From contig OZ287701.1 of the NCBI GenBank assembly GCA_965649825.1, forward strand, positions 547,101-611,100: a stretch of DNA of 64,000 bases, given 5' to 3'. A program made the position numbers and the translations under genes. The stretch is from Penicillus capitatus (lineage: Eukaryota > Plantae > Chlorophyta). Below the pieces are notes generated by a model. That model made no database searches. It was not told the origin of the DNA and worked only from the letters and a program-made list of their open reading frames with translations. Position 1 is the stretch's first letter. Each line of letters starts with the position of its first letter. Of the stretch, positions 38,401 to 51,064 are shown one piece after another.

Positions 38401-39820
38401 GTCCATGATTGGACTGGTGCAGGATCCCTGGATCACTGCTCTCCAAGACACGCCGTTTTCGAAAGCAAATCGCGATGCACTCAAGGCGACATTCAGTTAC
38501 CTCCAGTTCTGTCTGGAGCAGGTGGTGAAGGATAACGAAGTGGGGGCCCTCATGACAGCCTTGAGTGGAAGCTACACAGAACCTGGCCCCGGCGGCGATC
38601 CGATTCGAAATCCAGCTGTCTTGCCGACAGGAAAGAACATCCATGCCCTGGACCCTCAATCCATCCCTACGGCGGCAGCTGTCAAATCTGCAGAGCTCAT
38701 TGTGGATCGTCTATTGGATCGGGAGAAGAACAACAACAATGGCGTCTATCCAGAGACCATCGCCATCGTTCTGTGGGGCACAGACAACATCAAGACATAC
38801 GGAGAGTCGCTGGCCCAGGTGATGATGTTAGTCGGCATTCGACCAGTGGCCGATGCTTTGGGCCGCGTCAACAAGCTCGAGGTCATTCCTCTTGAAGATC
38901 TCGGTCGACCCAGAGTCGATGTCGTGGTCAACTGCTCTGGCGTGTTCCGAGATCTCTTTGTTAACCAGATGAATCTTTTGGATCGTGCGATCAAGATGGC
39001 AGCTGAACAGGACGAGCCGATAGAGATGAATTTTGTGAGGAAGCATGCGTTGGAACAGGCGGCGGATCTGGAGATCTCCGTCAGAGAAGCGGCGACCCGT
39101 GTCTTCTCCAATTCCTCTGGATCGTACTCGTCCAATGTCAATCTGGCCGTAGAGAATTCTTCGTGGTCTGACGAGCAGCAGCTTCAGGAAATGTATCTCA
39201 AACGCAAGTCGTTTGCTTTTAACAGCGATCGACCCGGAGCAGGTGGCGAAGCATCGCGGGAACTCTTCGAGACGGCGCTCAAGACCGTCGATGTCACTTT
39301 TCAGAACCTGGATTCCTCAGAGATCAGTCTGACAGATGTGAGCCATTACTTTGACTCGGATCCTACCAAACTCGTTCAGGGGTTGAGAAGTGATCGGAAG
39401 ATACCCAGCTCATATGTGGCGGACACAACGACGGCTAATGCGCAGGTGCGGACACTCGGAGAGACCGTACGGCTGGATGCACGTACGAAGCTGTTGAATC
39501 CCAAGTGGTATGAAGGGATGTTGGCATCAGGCTACGAAGGCGTTCGAGAGATTCAGAAACGACTGACCAATACTATGGGATGGTCGGCCACGAGTGGCCA
39601 AGTCGACAACTGGGTCTACGACGACGCCAATGCCACATTCATCGATGATCCTGACATGGCGAAGAGATTGATGGAGACAAATCCGAACTCGTTCCGCAAA
39701 CTCGTGGCAACATTCTTGGAAGCCAATGGACGTGGGTACTGGGAGGCCAATGATGAACAGATCGAGAAGCTCAGGCAGCTCTACACAGATGTGGAGGACA
39801 AGATTGAAGGCGTGGAATGA
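35457..39820 (+). CDS. CHLH: Magnesium chelatase subunit H (GUN5), nuclear-encoded with transit peptide; ATG at 35457 or 35526
   Basis: [27 protein letters not shown]; [37 protein letters not shown]; [15 protein letters not shown]; [14 protein letters not shown]; C-terminal DKIEGVE*. Three short introns. Confidence 0.98.
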
Positions 39821-40764
39821 GAGCTGTTGTAAGAGCAACGGTGATTCTTTTTTTCAAGTCGTGCTTGAACGATTATTGATTGTTGTAATTGGTCATATGT
39901 TTTGCCACGATCGGCATTCTTGCTCGGCAGCTTTGCGTGTTTCTTCGTTGCAGTGCGCCACTCGATACACATACAATGCATCGTAAAATATTCACAAGGC
40001 TTATGTAGAAACCATGAAGTGTCATGCTATGAAGTTCTCTATCCCTAACTTGTTCGAGGGCAAGCGCGATGTCTCGTTTGATCTTGCCTTTAGAACTCCG
40101 TGAATCAGCAGTCCTGCTTATTAAGATCTCGTTGAAGTGCGAATCTCGTCGATCTGTTCATCCCTTCGTCTCTGCAGAATGCATTTATCGCAGCAAAGCG
40201 TTACGTCACGGAACACACCGCACAGTCTTTAGCGTTCACTCAAATCCAACATTGTGTGTGGAGTCGCAGATGATCTAAACCCAGTCAAGCAGTGAATCAA
40301 CACGAATCTGACACTCTTTTAGGCGATCGGAGAATCAATCGGCTGGATCCGAGAGTGTGACAAGTGTGACCGAGAAGAAGCGAATCGTTCACAACGCAAG
40401 TAAACCAATCATTCCTCTTAAAAGTTGTCCACTTTCAACAGGAGCTGATAGACAAAACAAAAAAACTGTCCAGACACCATTTTGAACAATGGTGAGCAGA
40501 CGGCAACAACTCATAAAGTGTTCATGTCTTACTGTCCAACACCAATCCATTATGAGAGAACATACTACGTTGAAGAGTGCAAAACACTCGGAGAAGAAAC
40601 CAAAAATCCATTCAGAAATCGATTCCCTCGCCCAACAAAACGGACTGCCTGAAATGATCCAACCAATCAGGACAGAGATAGATGCCATACAAATGCAAAG
40701 TTGCTGTATACGGTTCGATCGGCAGATCTCTGAATCGAGCGTCCTCCTGGATCGGACGGATCCT

Positions 40765-41383
40765 CTACACAGAGACCCAGTGTGTGTGATCGTATCCAGA
40801 CGTGTCTTTGATCTTAGTTTGGATTTCGAAACACGCGACGAGATCGTCTTCGTTACTCTTCACTTTCACGCGAAGCAGGACGTCAATGAACTGCCACAAA
40901 CGGAATGCAGTGCGCTGTACAGTTTCTTATGTCTTACCTGTCCGAAAAATTGCGCCAGATCTCCGACGTCTCCGGCGTCTGGTATCAACGTTTTGTAATT
41001 GATCGTGACTTTATCGCCTGTAATAGGGCATTTCGTGTAGTCGCACAGCTTGCGAGTAGATGCGTCTCTTCTTTCGTATTTCATTGAACGGAAGTCGAAC
41101 AAGATGAAGAAAACCTCCCACTCGAAAGTAGCGCCTGACTCCCTGACGCCATCTACAGAGAAATTGAACGTCTGCTCATGGCGGCTGTCGGCGGACCTGG
41201 GTTAAACGTGACGGAGACTGTCACATCTTTGCCAAACGCTGGTGGGTCGGGTACCACCTTCACTTCGGGCAGCTCGAAGGTTGGCGCATCGTCGCAAACG
41301 TTAACTTTAATAGCCGCGGCAACTGAGATGCAGGAAATTAGGCAGAGAATACGGGCCGCCCAGGAAACGGAGAAAAGTGTCAT
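40765..41383 (-). CDS. Secreted ML-domain protein (copy B)
   Basis: Mirror of 9418..10036 with the same intron positions and an intact frame. Confidence 0.85.
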
Positions 41384-42353
41384 GATAACAAAGCAGGTTC
41401 GTGAAAGAGGTGCCGTTCAAGAAACGGACAGACAAACGGAGAGTTGTTAAGGATGCGCCGACACTAAATGAGGCCCTCGTTTTGTGGTCCGCAATTGAAA
41501 GTTGCTGTGACAAGACAGCTGATGACACTCGCGAAACGACGCAAACAAAGATCATCCATCTGTCACGTCAGTGCGTACATAAAATCGATAGCTCTCCTGA
41601 CGTCTGCCTCATGTGTTCGCCTGTTAGAGTGTGGCGCGCTACGAATCAGGCATTGTGCCGCATTCTGAACTCACACGTCTGTATTCTCTTTTGTCGCGCC
41701 CCGCAGTGGAAACGCGCATGCCGAGTGTCACATTAACATCGGGATGGGATTGGCCATTGCATAGCTGTCACATCGTGCATGAAGCTTCTCACAGATTCCT
41801 TTCAGTCTATCCGTTGAATCTGCGCGTCGATGATCTCATGTGTTGTCTCTCACTGGACAGTTTTTGATCTTTGATCTAGGAACGAAACGAGGTTGCGACC
41901 CGAAAATGCTTTGTGCTGGGGATGTCAAACAAGCTGGAACGATGAGCTGAAATCATTTCATGCTCAATAAACGCTTTGATTACACGCAATGCCACTTCTA
42001 TGCGTTTCACGGGATCGGAAACTCTACATAACATGTGAGCACTGAACATGTGGATTGAAGGATCTTATCGACATTCAAATTCCAATGACATACCATTAAA
42101 CATGGCTGCGATAGTCTAGATGCGCACCCATGCTGCTGATAACAGAAGGCAAAGACAATTAACGAGTAAGATTTATACAGACGTAAACTGAAAAAGCAAA
42201 CCGTCATCCTTCATCAGAAGACGGCTGAAAGAATGGTTGAGTTTATAGACTGCAGCAGCACTGACGTTCATCAGTGCAATTATTGAAGTGTACATTAGAG
42301 ATGATCTGAGTTCTCCTTTCATTACTGGCAGGGAACTGAGTTCAAAAAGAGAC

Positions 42354-45300
42354 TTATGTTTTTAAGGGGTCATTGAGAGAAGCGAGTTCAGAACGCAGCT
42401 TCCAGAATCCAGTGGTGTCCCTATCCGCCCGGCCCGATTGCCAGATGACCCAGAGCTTGTGAACCAGCCAGGTGTCTTCATCTTCCTCCAGATCGTGGAT
42501 TCCTTGAAACCATATCCTCAAGTGTTTTGCATGCACGTCCAGTATTCTGTGGACGCCTAACCACAGGCGACAAAACAAGAAGCCCATGAAAATGAAATTC
42601 AGAGTGGCGCAGATGGTGGAAAGCGCGTTGATGGAGAGCATGGATGCTTCTACGTCGGTGATGGATGTCGCAATGGCATAGACGAAGAGAGCCATCAGCA
42701 GCGATGTTGCCTCCATCGAGTTGTAACTGATTCTGTTGTTGAACCATATCCACGACGACGCCAGTTGATCAGCACCCAGCCATCTGAGAGTGCTGCCCAT
42801 GCAGGAAGGCAGCGTCTTGTGAATGTCTTCGCTGTCAATCGGCTGAACGAAGACATGCATTAAGTAAGATATAAAAATCACAATGAACACCAAACCCAGT
42901 CTGATGTTCGTCGTCACATTGATCGGCGAGAAAACAATGATGACGAACGACAGCGTTATTGTTCTCATTGCCACGAAAATGTTCCAGTACAGAGCCAGTC
43001 CTGTGGAACGGAGTCCAGAGTACAGGAATCCGTACTTGTGCACGAAATCGACATCCTCCAACAGGTCTTGCTGTTTACCACGGTATATGATGGATGCCGA
43101 GTAGCCGAGAACAACGAGGCAACAAAACAACAAAGTCAGAGAAAGCACAGATACCCACAAATGAGGCCCCTCCATGTATTTGATGGACGAGTCTTCTGAC
43201 CAGATGAAACTGTCGTTCAGGAGATCGTAGTGATTGAACTCGTGATCGGAGGGCTTCTCTGGCAGCTTGGCAAAGCTGACAACGCGGAACAGTTCACCAG
43301 CGATGTCGATAACGTAAGTGAAAAACCCAAAAAAGAAAATGAACTGGACATGTGGAGTCACCCCGTCTTCAGTTGATCGATCTCCTCGTCGTTTGAGACT
43401 GAGCCTCCACAATGCAAACACGAGGACATAGAAGAGAAGTATGACCGAAGGGAAGAGCGTCCGAATCAACAGAATCATCAGCGTCAAGCCTTTCTCGTGC
43501 TCATGACGGTATTCATTTGAGAAGTTGCATTCGAAGGGGTGCAAGCGGATAATGTTGCTCATCCTCGCCGCTGCGCCTACGATTCATCGTCGAATGGTGA
43601 GACTGGGCCACAGATGAATAGTCTGGCTACCTTGAACGCGGAGCATCGCTTTCATGCCCGTTTCCCACTTGACGCCAAGAGAAAAGGCCAAACTGCACAG
43701 TTGCATGTAGTCGAACAGTATCTGCGAGAACAATGCACATCAGCATTGCTTCTCAACGAGAGCTTTCTTTACTCCATAGATCGTCAAGACAGAGCCCACT
43801 GCGCCGCTGAAGTCAGGACAGTTAGAACCATCCGTGCACACGCGACATCTGTGCTGATCTGTCGTTGGGTCGGATCGCGACAAGCGTCTGATCTCTATAG
43901 CTCGCTGTTCGGAGGTGGAAGGTCCGGTCGCCTTCTCATCAAGCGATTGAGCGTCTTTGACTGGATCTGGATGGTCTGTGCGGTACTGGATGAGTGGCTC
44001 CGACGAACTGTCTTCAGCGTCCGATGAGCTTCTCGAAGACAAGGATGGCTTATCCAATCCGAGGGCAATCCTCAGTCTCTGCGAAGCCTGGATGGCAAGA
44101 TCTGTGTGCATGCTTCTCCAGGCCAACCACAACTTGAAAGAAAAAGCAAAAAAGAACAAAACTGCAGAAGCTAGGGTCTTAAGAACAGATACCAATCTGT
44201 TGCCGTCGCAAGGCTCGCATTGGCCGCTTACTGATCGCCCGTGTTCATCGGCGCATGAGGCGCACAGTGTCCCGTTGTATGCACCTGAACACTGTATATA
44301 GTCTTCTGTAAAGTCTTCCGGCTCTCTGTGGCTTTGGTTCCATGTTCTCAGTTCTTCTGAGACGCGCGTCGTGTCTTCATAGTACTCGACCAGATCCCTT
44401 GTTCTGTTCTCTCTTTTGCATGCTCCATCGATGGGACACTTGATCATCCGAGGCGAGAAGGGCGTCGAGTGCCAGTACTCTTCCTCTGGCACTAATGCCA
44501 TGGTTCCAACACATATCCCATGATCCTCACACTCTCGGCAGTCGTCTATCGTCGAGAAAGTGTAGTACGAGTAGTTGCATCTAGAGCAGGTCGCCTTGTC
44601 TTCATCCATGAGCTCTCCGTGTTGACAGTGTGTCGTGCCGAAGAGCAGAGATGTCGACAGATTCCTTCCGTCCTTCGAACGAATCCATAACGTATCACTA
44701 ATGTCTGCTCCGACCACGCTTGTGTTGTCGATGCACACAATCCCGTTCTTAGCGGCGTACTCGATCGTTCCGCTGATGTGTCGAGATTCGAGCAACACAG
44801 CAAGATCTACGAGTCACACGTGAATTGTGAATCGCACTGCAGCATGATCTCACCGCTATCTTTTTTTGGCCATTCGATAATTTCGCCATAGATGTCTCTC
44901 ACAGAGATCCTGATCTTACTGGCTGATAATTCTGAGCTCTCTTCAACCTTGGAAGGGACGCCCACAAGATCTCCGGGAGATAGCGACAAAGGTCCATCGA
45001 CGTTTTCTATCTCCAAAGACACAGCATCCGTCCCGACGTCATTCTGTCTGCTATTCTTGCCAATCTAAATGACAACAGAAAAAGTGTGATCATCAAGGTG
45101 GGAAATGAACTCACGAAGATGTGATTGTTCGTCACAGTAAGGCATCTTCGATTTTCTGTTATATGTCCTCGGATGACGTCATTCCCCGTTTCATCATGGC
45201 AAACATATGTGAAGCTTGATATTGAACCCACATACATTCCGCCTCCACTGTGTTTGGCGGTGTTTTGGATCACATTCACGTCAGTGAACATTACGTAACG

Positions 45301-48300
45301 GCAGCCGTCATTCGGAGGCACTGTAGAAGGACAAGGAGTATTGTTGAAGTGCACCCGGTCTTCATAGCTGGCTTCAAGGTACATGCCACCTAGTAACCTT
45401 TCTCAGTTTGCCTTCCACACAGAGAAAAAATCTACCTCCAGTGACGGCCTTACTCATTGATATCTTGATCTCTTCCAGCACCACATTCACACTCGATCCA
45501 CCCCTGGTGTTATTAAGTGCAAGGTAGAAGCCACCTCCTTCGCCTTGGCGACGATCCTCAACATGTGGCAGGTACTGGTCACTCTGTTTCCTCGCGTCGA
45601 GCCATGATTGAACGACGGAATCGCCATCGGTTTTCAGCCTTTTTAGACTGAGTGCTCGGTTGCCTGTCAACTTCCATTTTTTTATCTAAAGGCCAGAAAA
45701 AGTCAGGAGGGACACAATGGAGTGCTTCTTACATTAATGAATTGAGACAGTTCGTGTTCAGAACTGCTGTAGACAGCACCACCTAGCAGAGCTGTGTTGT
45801 TCTCATACGTGTAACAGGGAAACACTCCACAAAGATTATTGACTTCTCCGACGTTTCTGAAACATATCGCTCCTCCAATCGAAGCGATATTCTGCTTGAA
45901 GAAGATATTTGACTCCCAGTCCGAGGACAGACTCCCTCCCTCGAAGGACATGGCACCGCCAGCGTTCGTTGCCAGATTCTCAGTGAAGTGCACCCAGCAG
46001 TAAGTTTGGATATCGATGCTGCCTATTACGCAGCAAACACATGCTGCGCGATGCAATGTAGAAATGCGACGTACCGCATTGGATGCAAGCAACTGCGCCG
46101 CCGGTCATGAGAGCAGTGTTGGATGTGAACCGTATGGTGTTCAGGGAGTGTACGGATCCCTTTTCAATCTCAAAGCGGGTTCCCCTTTGAAGTCCAAGTG
46201 CACCGCCCACGAGTGCACGATTCGATGTGTAATTGGCCATCCTGACTGTCACGCTTGTTCTTCGAAATGCACATGCACCGCCGACGTCTGCCGCATGGTT
46301 CTCCTCGAACATGGAGTCAGCAATGTTCACATCGCCGCCAACAGTCGAAATGGCACCGCCTTCTTCTGCTCGGTTGCGACGCATGATGAGCTCATTGCAC
46401 GTCAAACTGTCGGCGATCGACATGATGGCTCCTCCACTGCCACCAGCTGTGTTGTTTGTGAAGGTACAGTTATCCAGTGTCGCCCAATCTTCGACGTAAA
46501 GAGCACCTCCATCCCCTCCAGCATGGTTGTTTTCAAAGATGCACTTTTCAAATGAGCCTTTGGTTAGCAAGATCGCGCCAGCTATCCCTTCGGCCGTGTT
46601 GTTTATCACACTGCAATTGACAAAATACGCTTCGTAGACATCGAGTACACCTGCTTTTAGAGCAATGTTGTTCAGAAAGCTGCAATTGGTGAAATGCGCT
46701 ATCCCTATATCCACGGTGCAAATCCCAGTGCCGTTGACCACGTTGCTATCCAGCTTGCAGTCCGTGAAATTTGCGTCTCCTTTGACAAAAACTGCCCCTA
46801 CATCACGATCGGCGGAGTTCCCAGAGAAACGACAGGTTTTGAAAATCACGTCGCCGAACACTGCGATCGTTCGATCAAGTCCAGCACTGTTGTTCGTGAA
46901 GTCGCAGTTTACGAAGCGCGCGCTTCCCTTAACATAGACAGGTGAATTTGCCACGGCAACGTTGTCCTCAACGATGCAATTGACCAACGTCACATCACCA
47001 TCGACGGAGATCGCAGTGTTGTCCCATCCCGACCAGTTGTTCGTTATGTTGCAGTCTTCAAGGCTGGCACTGCCTTCAACGGAAACCGCGGCATTGCTTC
47101 TCCAAGCTGTATTGTGCTTCAAACTGCAGCGACTGAACTTGGCGGCGCCTGTCACGGTAAGCGCGCTGTTGCGTCTGGCGGTGTTATTCGAGATTTCGCA
47201 ATCATGAAAGGCAGCATCGCCGACGACGTAAACGCCGCCGCCGTTGTTGGTGGCATTGGTGTTCGTGATGCTGCATTGACTGAAGGCCACGGTTCCTGCA
47301 ATCACGACAACTGCCCCTCCGTCAACGCCACTGTTTCCCTCAAACCGGCAGTGCTGAAAGCTAGGATCATTGTTCACACATAAAATGGCCCCTGCAAACT
47401 TCATCGCCTTGTTGTTGCGAAACTCGCATCTCTCGGCCTTCACAGGGGCGTTCCGCACGTCCACAGCACCTCCAATGTCGGCACTGTTGTTTGCAAACCG
47501 CGTCTCGTTCAAGATCAATGCGCAGTCATGAACTGATAGCGCGCTCCCTCCCAGCCCTTGTGGTAGCGGGTTCTCGAATGGAAGGATTCCTGGTGGAACA
47601 GTTAATCCCTTCTTGGAGTTGTCTCTGAAAACGCAGCGTTCCATGGCTATCGAGCACCCTAGTCAACATCGCCATGAGGACTGGTGATGCTTCCAGTCGC
47701 TGTTCGTACCTGTCGACTGCCAGTCCTCGTCGGAATCGTCCAAAAGCGCTGTCCTCGATCTGCGCTCTGATCCCAAGACTTCGATGGCGCTGAAAGCACC
47801 GTTGCACCCTCTGAATACCAGAGATTCGATGCGAAGGTTTCGACAGTTTCTGCGTACAAGAAACCGACTGTCCGTATGGCGGCAGGCAGCGTCTGAGATG
47901 GAGCACCTGATGGAGAAGATGCTCCCTTTTGCAGGACAGAGGAGCGTCGTCGACGGACGGACTCCGCGGATGGTGACGTCAGATACGCCTTTGATGACAA
48001 GCAGCTCCGTCAGTTGCATGGTGTCCACGTCGAAGACGATCGTCTGGTTGCTCTGAAGCTGCGCGACTGCCGTCTGCGCCTCGACGGCCGTTTTGACGCG
48101 GACCTCTGTCGACGTGGCATGCACGCCACAGCCACCTAAGCATCAAATGGTCGTTGAGCGGCGAAACCAGACAGCACAGGCAGCTGGCATTGCTGCAGAC
48201 TTCGTGCAAGAAAGTTGCCACGAAACACCTCACCTCGGTTCAGTAGAAGCAACAAAATCAGAATGTGCACCAAGAGCGTCCTCGGCGGCAGTTGGTACCT

Positions 48301-48312
48301 TCGTGCAGACAT
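42354..48312 (-). CDS. Pmp-repeat beta-helix / Cys-rich / multi-TM receptor-like protein (copy B, longer ectodomain)
   Basis: Mirror of 3023..8459. ATG at 48312. The 554-aa beta-helix ORF 45980-47644, the 352-aa Cys-rich ORF and the 402-aa TM ORF join in frame at the splice sites I checked. Confidence 0.85.
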
Positions 48313-49540
48313 TTCTTCCTTTCGGCGAACACTGCCGTTCCCTTTGCTGTCGCCCGAACGAAAAGTGCTTGTGCGGTAGAACATAGAGAACTGCATAGAA
48401 CAATGCGAACGAACAAACTGTTCATGCACGTCGAGGCGAGCTAAAATCATAATCGCTTCACTGATGATGGATTCATGCACGTCGTGGTTGAATGTACTTT
48501 GACTGGACGCGTCAATCAACAACGCTGAAGTCGCGTAAGTGGCACATCGACCGGTGAGGGCAAGTGAGAAGACAGGTGAGACAACACCTCTAAAGAATAA
48601 CCGATGCAACGCCCAAGACAGGCCTCCTGAATCTTCGCGTTCTGCTTTTATCGTGTCACGCCTCTCGACATGCGTCGACACGATCAGATTTCCAGCGGGG
48701 CGACCTAACACCAACATCCATGAATTAAGCTACGCACGCGAATTATCGACGCTGCAACTGCTGACGTCGTCTTCTGCAACTCTTGATCGCTCGACCATGC
48801 CGCCTACGACGTCGGCGTAGCACACCGTGTTGAAAGTGCGTATTGGATGTGAAAATTCCAGAAGAGCTGCTTTCTTTCGCTAGGGAATCCTCATACATCT
48901 GAATCTTAGATCACTCTACGTAAAGAGAGTTACCTTGCGAAGATCCTGTCGTGTCGCAAGGTCACACAAACGCAGTTCTCGTCATTTCTAAACGTCAAGT
49001 CCTTCGCCGCGCTGTAAAGATGGCGTCGATGCAGATGATGTTCTGAGCGACAATCGAAACTCCGCCTCTAAGATCCCCACGTCGCTTTCGGCAGACAGTC
49101 AGATGACGTAAAGTGCCGCGTACCACAATTCCAGCTGCTATGCGTTCAGCCTTGCTCTCTTTTGTTTAATCTCAGGTTGGTGATTAACAACCGTCTCCAA
49201 AAAGTCAGCTTGCATTCACGACTTGTTGGCTTGCAAGAAAGGCAAGCGTATTGGAAACACAAACAATCCAGAGATCCACTATTCTTGACATCTGAAGTGT
49301 ATACATACTCACATCATTGACACGTACGTGCTTAATGAAACGTGTAGATGACAACAGACAGACTCCAATGTGCAACAGGTGAGGTTGGAAGGATACGAAT
49401 TGTGACTCCGACAACCAGACGATGGACGTATTTTTTTATTAGATTAAACGAATTCTCGTATCCCAGGATGAATGAACCGTATCGATTGCCAAACATCTCA
49501 GAATCTACAGACGTCGACAGCAACATTCAGCATTTATTTG

Positions 49541-50131
49541 TCAGTTGAGAAAGAACATGAAACAGTCACATTGCAAGACATCTGTCACGATGACGACCAT
49601 CAAAGCTACTGCGCCGAAGACAAGGGAGAGAAAAGCAGAGGCACAAAAGAATAGCATGAGTGCGACACCCGAACCGTCATTCTCTCTCTCCAACTCGTCG
49701 CCATTGCACACATAACCGATAGCACACTCCACGTACTCCCCGAACAGAGAAGTGTAACCTCGGCAGACCACATCCGATGAATCGTTCAGTTGAAATTGCA
49801 GCAGGACGCCGCCGACGACACTTCCGACGGCGACAACGAAAACGTAGACCAGAAAGGCGATCAGGGGGCTGTTTCCATTTCGGATTTCTTGTCTAAAACG
49901 AATGATTCCCACGACCCAGACGACAAGGGCTATCACGCCAAACGCAATGGAAAGCTTATTGAACGCGGCTCCAATTGGTTCGTCTACTCGTAGACTTCCT
50001 CCGATGATGTTGTAGTCCGACGGGTAGGTCTCATATAGGCATGGAAAGAGCGTGGCCTCGACTCTGTCACCTTCAGACCCAGGACAAGATTCCCGTCCGT
50101 CCCCGTGCAACGCACACTGCCAAACTCTCAT
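49541..50131 (-). CDS. Small orphan 3-TM protein (copy B)
   Basis: Mirror of 1211..1801, same length, open frame. Confidence 0.6.
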   Translation of the reverse strand: MRVWQCALHGDGRESCPGSEGDRVEATLFPCLYETYPSDYNIIGGSLRVDEPIGAAFNKLSIAFGVIALVVWVVGIIRFRQEIRNGNSPLIAFLVYVFVVAVGSVVGGVLLQFQLNDSSDVVCRGYTSLFGEYVECAIGYVCNGDELERENDGSGVALMLFFCASAFLSLVFGAVALMVVIVTDVLQCDCFMFFLN

Positions 50132-51064
50132 CCTCGACTGCAATCCAGATGCCAGATGCGATAGAAGAAAGGGTTGCAGTTTGCCGGGCGACGGATGACA
50201 TGCGAGCGATGTCGCAGTCGTTTATTTTTCTAGACGTCGTTTCATGCGGCAGGCGGACCGCAGTTCGGCGTCAGGTCCGACGAAATTGAACTTACTGAAT
50301 CTGACGTGGCTCTTTGTACTCAACCGTCTCGTGTGGAAGTAACCTGTGCATATTCTGCTGTCATTGCACTCTCCCAGCTGAGAGCAGTGGCGTGGACCTG
50401 AATGACTGTCACTTCAGTGTTCTTGAACGGTCTTTGTGAGTTGCCAAACGTGCAGATTCAGTCACGAAGTGCTGCTTGTGCTCGATGCCTTAAATCCGTG
50501 TGTTGTTGTTCTATACGATCTTCTCTGAAGTAACAAAAACACACTCTCCCCGGCCTTGGGCCTCTCTGGACGCATTCTCCTTTCTCCGAGCTCATCTTGC
50601 AATCGAAGGTTGACAACTGTGATCGGGCGCGACAGTCACGGCCGGTAGATCAACGATCCGCTCGTCGACGACGTGCAAAGACGTGAAGTATCCGAAGATC
50701 TCTGCACGTGTTTCTTCTACTTCCTCTGATTAGCGAGATTCCGTGCAGTTCGTACAAGATATGTGTCGAACGATTGTATGTGTCGAACGAAACTTCTAGA
50801 CTAGACCTCGATTCCGATCTCCGTTTTTCTCCACAGTCCATATGCACGTTGCTCAAAACAGGGAGAAGGTCGCATCACGCTGATTACTTTGTTCCTGCAC
50901 TAGATGAGCGTGCTGGATGCATTGAAGCATATCAGGCCTCGTCGATGCATGAGACCGACTTCTTTGGCTCATGGATGCTTTGACTCTAGCGTTTCTATGT
51001 TGTGTTCTACTGTGGAAGACCTATGTAAACGTGTACAGCTATCTTTGCCTCTTCGGATGCTTCG

